From positions 9,531 through 73,530 of the forward strand of contig JBAYIC010000001.1 in the NCBI GenBank assembly GCA_041665845.1: a DNA stretch of 64,000 nucleotides. The letters are read 5' to 3'. Position 1 is the first letter of the stretch; every line of letters begins with the position of its first letter. The notes under the pieces are model-generated. The model was not told the origin of the DNA. It ran no database searches and saw nothing but the letters and a program-made list of their open reading frames with translations. The translations under genes and the position numbers were made by a program. The stretch is from Patescibacteria group bacterium (GTDB lineage: Bacteria > Patescibacteriota > Patescibacteriia > Patescibacteriales > UBA12465). Below are positions 56,541 to 64,000 of this stretch, in pieces.

Positions 56541-57583
56541 ATCTGTTTATCTAACAGAAAGATTATCATTCCCATGGTTGCGCCAATTCCGGCTATAACC
56601 CAAAAACGCATAACCACTTTAGCTTCTGGCCAACCAATAGCTTGATAATGGTGATGAATCGGGCTAGATAAAAAAATCTTCCGACCTCTAATTTTTTTAG
56701 ATAAAATCTGGAAAATAACTGATAAAGATTCTATTAAAAAAACTGAACCAATAGGAATAAGCAATAAGGCGTTATTGGTTAACATAGCGATTATACCAAG
56801 TGTTACTCCTAAGCTCATGGCGCCGGTATCTCCCATATAAAATCTAGCAGGCGGAATATTAAACCAGAGAAAGGCTGATAAAGCGCCGATAATAACCGCA
56901 CAGAAAGTAGCTAAATCATATCGCCCCATGGCAAAGGATATCACCCCATAAGAAGCAAAGGCGACGAGCAATGTCCCGCCCGCCAATCCGTCCAAACCAT
57001 CAGTCTCATTAACCGAAAATGATGTAGCAACAATTATAAAAATAAAAATCGGAATGTACCAAGCGCCAATCTCAAAATTTCCCAAAAAAGGAATATGGAT
57101 AAGAGTCCAATCAAGTTTGAAATAAAACCACAATGCTCCTGCTAAAGCGATTAATGTATAGATTAAAATACGATGACGTAATTTCAGGCCGCCTCCACCA
57201 AACACTCCTTTACCTCTAACATCCAACCAATCATCAACTAATCCAATCAAGGCTGTAACTATTAGAGCTCCGAGTGGCAAAAGCGTTTCGGCGCGAGACA
57301 AAAAATTAAAATAGGCAAAAAAATTATTTGGAAATAATTTTGATAAGAAATAAAATAATAATATTAAAATTAAAACTGTTCCCCAAATTAATACCCCTCC
57401 CATAGTCGGCGTTCCCGCCTTATGAGCATGGAGCTCACTAAAAATAGGCGTTATGCCGCTATTTCTTATTTTTTTACCTAATTTATACTTATAAAGAAAG
57501 TGAGTCAAAAGCGGCGTCGCAAAAATAGCAAAAATAAAAGCTAAGGTAGAAAAAAACAATACACGAACGATTTGAAATTCCAT
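56537..57583 (-). CDS. mraY: phospho-N-acetylmuramoyl-pentapeptide transferase
   Basis: GTPTMGG ... DDWLDV ... NETDGLDGLA ... MGDTGAMSLG. Confidence 0.93.
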   Translation of the reverse strand: MEFQIVRVLFFSTLAFIFAIFATPLLTHFLYKYKLGKKIRNSGITPIFSELHAHKAGTPTMGGVLIWGTVLILILLFYFLSKLFPNNFFAYFNFLSRAETLLPLGALIVTALIGLVDDWLDVRGKGVFGGGGLKLRHRILIYTLIALAGALWFYFKLDWTLIHIPFLGNFEIGAWYIPIFIFIIVATSFSVNETDGLDGLAGGTLLVAFASYGVISFAMGRYDLATFCAVIIGALSAFLWFNIPPARFYMGDTGAMSLGVTLGIIAMLTNNALLLIPIGSVFLIESLSVIFQILSKKIRGRKIFLSSPIHHHYQAIGWPEAKVVMRFWVIAGIGATMGMIIFLLDKQI

Positions 57584-57591
57584 AATTATAT

Positions 57592-58005
57592 TTATCTGAA
57601 ATTTATTAAAAAAATAGCCAAAAGCGCCAAACTCAAGAAAACTTCAAAGAAAGTAGCGGAACCTAAGAAAAGATGGGTCATAAATTTAGACTCCTTGCGA
57701 CGAACAAAAAATGTTACAAACACAAAATTAATTATAGCTACCGCCAAACCCAACAAGGGGTATAAAAATATCTTTTCTGGACTACCAACTGAGTTAACGC
57801 CAAAATCAATATTATAATGAAGAATAAGCAAGTCGCTACTCAAACGGCGATTAATAGAAATAGCTTGAAACCAAATTAAAGCTTGAAGCAGTAAAATAGC
57901 GGCTAAATACAATTTGGCCGGATAGAATTTAAGAACTGAGTTTACAACTTCGCCGAGCCTTTGCAAAGATGTGTAAAAACGAGCGTAAAAATTAGAATAA
58001 GTCAT
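57592..58005 (-). CDS. membrane protein, unknown function
   Basis: 137-aa ORF with 4 TM helices, 8 nt upstream of mraY. Confidence 0.5.
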   Translation of the reverse strand: MTYSNFYARFYTSLQRLGEVVNSVLKFYPAKLYLAAILLLQALIWFQAISINRRLSSDLLILHYNIDFGVNSVGSPEKIFLYPLLGLAVAIINFVFVTFFVRRKESKFMTHLFLGSATFFEVFLSLALLAIFLINFR

Positions 58006-58089
58006 AGAAAAAAATCGAGATTATAATATCCTGATTACAAGTTTATCATATTTTTAAAATAATATAAAACGTGCTAAAATAATAGCATT

Positions 58090-59097
58090 ATGACAAACAA
58101 AACCTTGAACAGTCTTTTTGGGGTTGCCGCTAAAGAGGGTGCGAAAAGAATAGTAATTTCTGGATCAAAAAATGGCCCTTCTTTTAGCTATCATCTACCA
58201 AGCGGCGAAGAGGCAATTTTTAACTTACCTAAAAAATTAGAAACTAATTTAGCATCCAACCTGCGTCAACTCCTAAAAATAGCCCCGGGAGAACTTTCGA
58301 CCGGAAAATATTGTAAGCTAAATAATAAAAACTACCAGCTTAATTTTCGCCTAAGCATAATTCCTGATGAATTAGGTGAAAAAATAATTATCAACGTTAT
58401 TGACGAAAAAGAAAAAATAATGAGTCTCACTAAGCTCGGATTACAAAAAACTGAGTTAAATATTATAAAAAATAAAATAAAAGTTAAATCGGGACTCATC
58501 GTTATTAGTTCGGCTGAAAGACAAGGTCGAAGCACCACCCTACGTTCCCTACTTACAGAATTAGATAGGGATAATAAGAATATTTATTTTATCGGTTCGG
58601 AAACAAAACTCAAATTAGATGGGGTAAATTATTTGGACAATAAAACAGAAAACTGGGATAAATTATTACAACATGACTCTGATATAATTATTGTTGATGT
58701 CAAAGGCGAAGATTGCCTTCAAAAATCAATTTTAGCAGCTTCAACTGGCCGTTTAGTTATAATCTCGTTAGAAACAATAAACGCTTTGGAAGCGCTCTAT
58801 AAAATTATCAACAGCGGTCTACCCTTGAAATTAATTCTTGATAACCTTAAGATGATAACTAACCAAGAATTAGTTAATTTAAAAAGACAAAAAACTAAGT
58901 CTAAGATAGAAAGACAAAAAATAGGTCTTTTTGAGATTATTATCCCCAACAACGCGATGCACTCTTTTATAACAAATAATGAAAAAGATTTAAAAACAGA
59001 AGACTTCTGGAAACAGCTTTTTCAACTAGCTACTAATAACGGCTATAAGCCGCTAATAATGGATAAAGATCAGAAAAAACATGATGGTTTAATATGA
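58090..59097 (+). CDS. PilB/GspE-family secretion ATPase homologue with degenerate catalytic motifs (pseudo-ATPase)
   Basis: Colinear with the GspE/PilB core, but Walker A reads SSAERQGRSTT (versus GPTGSGKST) and the Asp-box position reads GSETKL. Walker B reads DIIIVDVKGED (versus VGEIRD), and the His box reads STGRLVIISLET (versus TGHLVLSTLHT). Confidence 0.7.
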   Translation: MTNKTLNSLFGVAAKEGAKRIVISGSKNGPSFSYHLPSGEEAIFNLPKKLETNLASNLRQLLKIAPGELSTGKYCKLNNKNYQLNFRLSIIPDELGEKIIINVIDEKEKIMSLTKLGLQKTELNIIKNKIKVKSGLIVISSAERQGRSTTLRSLLTELDRDNKNIYFIGSETKLKLDGVNYLDNKTENWDKLLQHDSDIIIVDVKGEDCLQKSILAASTGRLVIISLETINALEALYKIINSGLPLKLILDNLKMITNQELVNLKRQKTKSKIERQKIGLFEIIIPNNAMHSFITNNEKDLKTEDFWKQLFQLATNNGYKPLIMDKDQKKHDGLI

Positions 59098-59756
59098 AAA
59101 AAATCTGCATTATACCCGCTTACAACGAAGCTCAACATATCGCCGAAGTCGTAAATCGAGTCCGGCCTTTTGTTGATGAGATAATTGTCGTTGATGATTG
59201 CTCAAAAGATGCAACGGCAAGTATTGCTAAAGAAGCTGGAGCTCATGTTTTAAGCCATCCAATCAATCGCGGTCAAGGAGCGGCTCTTCAAACCGGAAAT
59301 GATTATGCTTTGAAAAATGGCGCTGATATTATAATTCATTTTGATGCCGATAATCAATTTCAAGCTGAAGAAATTCCTAGTTTAACCGCTCCCATAGAAA
59401 ACAACCAAGCGGAAGCAGTTTTAGGTTCAAGATTCCTGTCAAAGAAATCAGAACTACCGCCATTTAAGAAAAACATCATCATGCCGCTTGCTCGATTGTT
59501 CAACCGATTATTTTTTAATATCCATCTTACCGACCCGCAAAGTGGTTTTAGAGCTCTAAGTTACAAAGCCGCCAAACAGATAACTATCACAAACGACGGG
59601 ATGGCACATTGTAGTGAAATTCTCCATCAATTATTTAAAAATAAAATAAAAACTATCGAAGTCCCGATTACTGTTATTTATCACGAGTATGGTCAAAAGT
59701 TTTCCGGCGGATTAAGAATTATAACAGATATTGCGATCAGAAAGATTATTAAATAA
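59094..59756 (+). CDS. family 2 glycosyltransferase (polyprenol-phosphate sugar synthase-like)
   Basis: IIPAYNEAQHI ... VVDDCSKDAT ... FDADNQ. ATGA overlap with the upstream ORF. Confidence 0.85.
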   Translation: MKKICIIPAYNEAQHIAEVVNRVRPFVDEIIVVDDCSKDATASIAKEAGAHVLSHPINRGQGAALQTGNDYALKNGADIIIHFDADNQFQAEEIPSLTAPIENNQAEAVLGSRFLSKKSELPPFKKNIIMPLARLFNRLFFNIHLTDPQSGFRALSYKAAKQITITNDGMAHCSEILHQLFKNKIKTIEVPITVIYHEYGQKFSGGLRIITDIAIRKIIK

Positions 59757-59761
59757 AAAAA

Positions 59762-59779
59762 GGAACCCCGTAAGGTTCC
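59762..59779 (-). terminator. terminator hairpin between convergent genes
   Basis: GGAACC (59762-59767) pairs with GGTTCC (59774-59779). On the minus strand it is followed by TTTTTTTT. Confidence 0.55.
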
Positions 59780-59805
59780 CTGCAAAATTTGAAAGCTGCT
59801 TGCTA

Positions 59806-60303
59806 TCAAGCAACAAGCGGGACTAAGAAAGATTCAATCAATACAAAAATTGAAATAAAAACAAATATCTTCGCCCAAATTTCATGGGTAAAAAAATAAT
59901 TAATTTCAATCTTTTCTGTACTTGAAGCATAACTGAGATCAGAGCGGTTAAAAAAACGTAGGATGCTAATAGCACAAGCAATAATGATTAAAAAAATGGC
60001 TACGCCTGTCCAAAGCAAAATATCACTTTCCCAATCAGTTAATTCCCAAAAAAACACCCCTCCGCCTACAAGCATAAAGACATCGATCGAATACGATAAC
60101 CAGTTTTTACGCTTACCAAATAGATAAAAGAATAAGGAAATAAAAATCGCCGCCATAGCCAGCACCACAGTTAGCGTGCCATTATCCACATAGAGACTAA
60201 TGTTTTCCCGTTGATTGATTAAAATCAAACGAAGAAAACAAAAAACAGTTAAGAAAAGAGTGGTCATCCCGACCCCTCTCGACAAAATAGATTTTTTCTT
60301 CAT
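59806..60303 (-). CDS. membrane protein, unknown function
   Basis: 165-aa ORF with 5 hydrophobic helices. Confidence 0.5.
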   Translation of the reverse strand: MKKKSILSRGVGMTTLFLTVFCFLRLILINQRENISLYVDNGTLTVVLAMAAIFISLFFYLFGKRKNWLSYSIDVFMLVGGGVFFWELTDWESDILLWTGVAIFLIIIACAISILRFFNRSDLSYASSTEKIEINYFFTHEIWAKIFVFISIFVLIESFLVPLVA

Positions 60304-60412
60304 TAGACATAAATTTTAAATGTACTATTATTACAGATTAAAGAATTTCAGTTAATCATAAAAATCTAACATAAAAAGATAAGCTAGTCAATAATTCATA
60401 ACTTATAACAAT

Positions 60413-60763
60413 ATGTTACAACAAATAATTGCCCTTGCTATCATTACTATCTTTGTTTGGCGCTTAAACGAACAAAGGAGGAAGAAAAAAATAGGTAGTA
60501 ATGAATTTATTTTTTGGCTTATTTTCTGGGCGCTAGGAGCAATCGCTATAATTTTAATTCGCCAAATTGATCGCCTTGTGGGAATGTTAGGATTTTCCGG
60601 AGCGGGAATAAATTTTTTGCTTTATTTAACGGTGATGCTTCTTTTTTATATGGTTTTTAAACTCCGCCTCTCAATTGCTAAAATGGATTCTAATCTAACA
60701 GAAATTGCTAGAAAAATTGCGCTAACAACAAACAAAGACGACTCCCATCACTTACAAAAATAA
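60413..60763 (+). CDS. small membrane protein, DUF2304-like (GT2-associated)
   Basis: 116 aa with 3 TM helices and a C-terminal amphipathic helix. The family call is from memory. Confidence 0.45.
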   Translation: MLQQIIALAIITIFVWRLNEQRRKKKIGSNEFIFWLIFWALGAIAIILIRQIDRLVGMLGFSGAGINFLLYLTVMLLFYMVFKLRLSIAKMDSNLTEIARKIALTTNKDDSHHLQK

Positions 60764-60766
60764 TTT

Positions 60767-61915
60767 ATGAAAATTGCCCAAATAGTTTGTGCTTTCCCTC
60801 CCTATGCTGGTGGTATTGGTAATAGCGCCTTTACTTTATATGAGCTCCTGTCTGATAAGCACGAAATCACAAATTTTACACCCAATAATCTAAAACCCCT
60901 TCTACGTCACGGACATGGCGCTTTTTTACCGCAACTTTTATGGAAACTAAAGAATTTTGATTTTATATATTTACACTACCCCTTTTTTGGAACCGCTGAA
61001 GTAGTTTGGTTATTTAAACTCTTTTTTAAAAAACCCAAATTAGCGATTATTTATCACATGGATGTAAAAAATTCTTCTCTGACAAAAAGAATTCTAGGCT
61101 TACCAAGTTTAGCAATTAGAAATTCCCTTCTAAAGCAAGCTGATGTAATAATTACCGGAAGTCTCGACTATATCAAAAATAGTCAAATAAAAAATTTCTA
61201 TGATACTTGCCCCGATAAATTTAAAGAAATTCCCTTTGGTATCGATTTGGAAAAATTTAAACCGAAACCAATAAACCTCCCGAGTGAAAATAAAATTTTG
61301 GCTAAAACTAAAAGTCTAATTAGAATTGTTAATGACTTATTTATAAAAAAGGGCCGTAAAGATCGTTTAGAAATAATCTTTGTTGGCGGACTCGATAAAG
61401 CCCATTATTTTAAGGGCGTTAATATTCTTCTTAATTCTTTATTTAAACTTGATCCTAAGGGTTGGTATTTAAACATAGTCGGCGATGGCGATTTGCGACC
61501 GGAGTATGAAGCTCTAACTAAAAAGCTTAATCTAGAAAAGCGAATAAAATTTTTAGGAAAAACTAGCGACGAGGAACTTGTTCACTCTTTACAAAATGCT
61601 GATTTATTAATACTACCATCGATTAACAGCAATGAAGCTTTTGGCTTAGTTCTAATTGAAGCCTTAGCTTGCGGTGTACCGGTTATTGCTTCCAATCTTC
61701 CTGGCGTTAGAAGTGTTTTTGAAGATAAACGCGAAGGCTTATTAGTTGAACCGGGGAATGTTGAAGATTTAAAACAAAAATTAGAATTTATCTTGAACAA
61801 TGAAAACATCAGACGCGAAATGGCTAAAGCTGCGCGTCGACTCGCTGAAAGAAAATACAATAAAAATTTGATGAAACAAAAATATGAAAATTTGCTTACT
61901 GAACAATCTCTATAA
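60767..61915 (+). CDS. family 4 glycosyltransferase
   Basis: EAFGLVLIEALACGVPVIASNLPGV (E-x7-E region). 382 aa. Confidence 0.85.
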   Translation: MKIAQIVCAFPPYAGGIGNSAFTLYELLSDKHEITNFTPNNLKPLLRHGHGAFLPQLLWKLKNFDFIYLHYPFFGTAEVVWLFKLFFKKPKLAIIYHMDVKNSSLTKRILGLPSLAIRNSLLKQADVIITGSLDYIKNSQIKNFYDTCPDKFKEIPFGIDLEKFKPKPINLPSENKILAKTKSLIRIVNDLFIKKGRKDRLEIIFVGGLDKAHYFKGVNILLNSLFKLDPKGWYLNIVGDGDLRPEYEALTKKLNLEKRIKFLGKTSDEELVHSLQNADLLILPSINSNEAFGLVLIEALACGVPVIASNLPGVRSVFEDKREGLLVEPGNVEDLKQKLEFILNNENIRREMAKAARRLAERKYNKNLMKQKYENLLTEQSL

Positions 61916-62939
61916 GCCATACAACCACGGTGGCGCGGAAAAAGTAGTCCAAGCGATAATCGCGAGAAAAAAAAGCGAAGGGCATGAAGTTATTTTAATT
62001 AGCACTAAACCAAAATATCCCGCACTTGATTTGAATGAAGATTGCAAGACTTTTTATATAAAATCTGATTTTTATAATTTGGATAAAAAATCTATCTGTG
62101 CAAGATTTGTTTGGCATCTTAATGACTTAATATCAACGCGAAAATACTCAGAAATATCAAAAATATTAAAAACAGAAAAACCAGATTTAATAGTAACTCA
62201 TAATCTCATGGGGCTTGGCTTAAGAGTGATACAAGCCATTAAAAGGACTGGAATTAAACACCATCATTTTCTCCATGATATTCAATTACTCCATCCTTCC
62301 GGCCTAATGATGAGCGGAAAAGAAAAAAAAGTTGATTCTCTCTTAGCAAAAATCTACCAATTCATAACAAAAGTTATTGTTAATTCGCCGGAATTGATCA
62401 TTTCTCCCTCAAACTGGCTATTAAACGAGCATAAAAAACGTGGCTTCTTTAGTAATTCAAAAAAAGAAATAAAAAAATTAGAAAATATTTTAGAGTTAGA
62501 TCCACCACAAATTGATAATCAAGCAATCAACAAACAAAATAAAAAATTATTATTTGTCGGCCAAATTGAAGAACATAAAGGAATATTGTTTTTAATTAAA
62601 GCCTTTAGAGATAGGGCTAGCTCTGAAGCAACCTTAGCTATTGCTGGAGATGGGAGTAAATTAAAAGAAGCTTTGGCGTTAGCTCAGGGAGACAATAGAA
62701 TTGTTTTTTTAGGAAGACTAGAAAAAAAAATATTAAAAGAAACTATGATTGGATCCGATATTCTGATTGTACCCTCTCTTTGCTATGAAAATTATCCCCT
62801 TGTAATTTTAGAGGCGAAGGCGGTCGGTTTAAAAGTTATCGCTTCCAATATCGGCGGTATACCGGAAATGGTGGATAATAATGATTCCTTATTTATCCCC
62901 GGTGATGCTAATGATTTATTTGAAAAAATAGTAAAATAG
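61884..62939 (+). CDS. family 4 glycosyltransferase
   Basis: ENYPLVILEAKAVGLKVIASNIGGIPE. 351 aa. Confidence 0.8.
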   Translation: MKICLLNNLYKPYNHGGAEKVVQAIIARKKSEGHEVILISTKPKYPALDLNEDCKTFYIKSDFYNLDKKSICARFVWHLNDLISTRKYSEISKILKTEKPDLIVTHNLMGLGLRVIQAIKRTGIKHHHFLHDIQLLHPSGLMMSGKEKKVDSLLAKIYQFITKVIVNSPELIISPSNWLLNEHKKRGFFSNSKKEIKKLENILELDPPQIDNQAINKQNKKLLFVGQIEEHKGILFLIKAFRDRASSEATLAIAGDGSKLKEALALAQGDNRIVFLGRLEKKILKETMIGSDILIVPSLCYENYPLVILEAKAVGLKVIASNIGGIPEMVDNNDSLFIPGDANDLFEKIVK

Positions 62940-62951
62940 TAAAACTAAAAA

Positions 62952-62975
62952 ATCGAGTAACTCACTCGATTTTTT
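62952..62975 (+). terminator. rho-independent terminator after the glycosyltransferase operon (bidirectional shape)
   Basis: ATCGAGT (62952-62958) pairs with ACTCGAT (62964-62970), followed by TTTTT. An A-run precedes it. Confidence 0.6.
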
Positions 62976-63006
62976 GTATTGTTATTTTTTTATTAATCGA
63001 AATGCA

Positions 63007-64000
63007 TTAATAAGAACTAAACTGGTGTAATTTCTTTTGCGCTTTAATATCAAAAATTGTTTTACGCAAACCATTCTCCAAAGTAACTACCGGCATCCAA
63101 CTGAGTTCATTTCTAGCTAAATGGATATCCGGCAAAATAAGTTCGGTCATAAATAAAATCTTTTCGGAATGAATCTTTTTTGATTTTGAACCAGTCTCTT
63201 TAATAATAATATCGACTAAATCAACCATTCTACAATCAACATCAGAACCGATATTTATCGGACCCGCGAGCTCAGAATTCATAACTTTAAAAACAGCATC
63301 AATAATATCTTCAATATAACAGAACGAAGAAGAAAAATTTTCGTCCCCGCTGATTGTTATATCCTTATCCTCTAAAGCATTATTAATAAAATCGGGAATC
63401 ATTTGACCATCGTTAGATTGCATTCTTGGACCATAGACTCTAAAAACTCTTATTATTTTAGCATCTAAATTATAAATTGAACGATAAGTTGCAACAATCG
63501 TTTCTGCGAAACGTTTTCCTTCATCATAAGAAGCGCGATCAGAAAGATTATCAACTAAACCAATATCGGATTCTCTCGCCTTAAAATTAGGATCATCTTG
63601 ATGGCGTGGGCCATAAACAACCGAGGAAGAAAAATGAAGAAATTTAGCATCATATTCAACGGCTAAATCTAATAAATTTTTAACAACCGAAGAATTAGCT
63701 TCAAGCGTAGCAATTCTATTTTTCAAAAAATCATTAGGAGACATCGGACAAGCAAGATTATAAATTTCTTGTATTCCTTGAAATTCAATTTTGAACTTTT
63801 TTAATTCCGGTAACTCCATTAAATTTATCGCTTGAGAAAAATTATGATTAATAAAAACGAAGTCCGGATTTGCTAATAAATGATCGATATTTCTTTCGTT
63901 TCCAGAAACAAAGTCATCCACGCAAATCACTTTACAAGTTTTAATCAATTCATCACATAAATGTGAACCAATAAACCCTGCTCCGCCGGCGACTAAAACA
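63007..64000 (-). CDS. NAD-dependent sugar epimerase/dehydratase, UDP-glucuronate decarboxylase-like (5' end beyond window)
   Basis: The reading frame continues upstream of the track M to the window edge and encodes VAGGAGFIGSHLCDELI (Rossmann GxxGxxG). YDEGKRFAE (YxxxK) is also present. Confidence 0.85.
   Translation of the reverse strand, partial: VLVAGGAGFIGSHLCDELIKTCKVICVDDFVSGNERNIDHLLANPDFVFINHNFSQAINLMELPELKKFKIEFQGIQEIYNLACPMSPNDFLKNRIATLEANSSVVKNLLDLAVEYDAKFLHFSSSVVYGPRHQDDPNFKARESDIGLVDNLSDRASYDEGKRFAETIVATYRSIYNLDAKIIRVFRVYGPRMQSNDGQMIPDFINNALEDKDITISGDENFSSSFCYIEDIIDAVFKVMNSELAGPINIGSDVDCRMVDLVDIIIKETGSKSKKIHSEKILFMTELILPDIHLARNELSWMPVVTLENGLRKTIFDIKAQKKLHQFSSY

Noticed and set aside
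1-64000. I looked for CRISPR arrays, rRNA genes, transposases or integrases, and inverted terminal repeats of IS elements.
   Set aside because: I saw no regularly spaced direct repeats, no rRNA-like sequence, and no DDE, tyrosine or serine recombinase motifs in any ORF. A by-eye scan cannot exclude short or degenerate elements.

Overview
This is a 64-kb, AT-rich segment (about one-third GC by eye) coded almost entirely on the minus strand. It looks like a Patescibacteria/CPR-type bacterial chromosome. Supporting signs are a str-S10-spc ribosomal super-operon without rpmD (L30), starts that mostly lack a Shine-Dalgarno, Lys-rich or acidic tails on many ribosomal proteins, and shortened AlaRS and RpoA.

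Core content: rpoD-dnaG, scpAB, aspS, recO-ruvX-map, secY through rpsL (20.1-36.2 kb), an alpha-operon block infA..rplQ-rplM-rpsI (43.7-48.0 kb), prfB, comEC, alaS, a dcw fragment (murB, ABC exporter, murC, murG, ftsW, mraY) and a glycosyltransferase cluster.

Accessory content:
(i) A very AT-rich defence island at 1-7.2 kb abuts tRNA-Asn. It holds a small TM ORF, a dGTPase-like HD protein and a stand-alone UG/Abi-type reverse transcriptase. These are followed by one operon: beta-class DNA methyltransferase, DUF262/DUF1524 (GmrSD-like), DpnII/MboI-like endonuclease, multi-TM protein and a truncated ORF.
(ii) A GC-rich plus-strand two-gene cassette (membrane protein + lipoprotein) with its own promoter and terminator sits just upstream of rpsL.
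(iii) A catalytically degenerate PilB/GspE-like ATPase is translationally coupled to a GT2 glycosyltransferase.

The best candidates for an undescribed system are the RT-centred module and the hybrid R-M/GmrSD operon at the left end. I saw no CRISPR array, rRNA, transposase or integrase. All homology calls come from motif recognition by eye; no searches were run.
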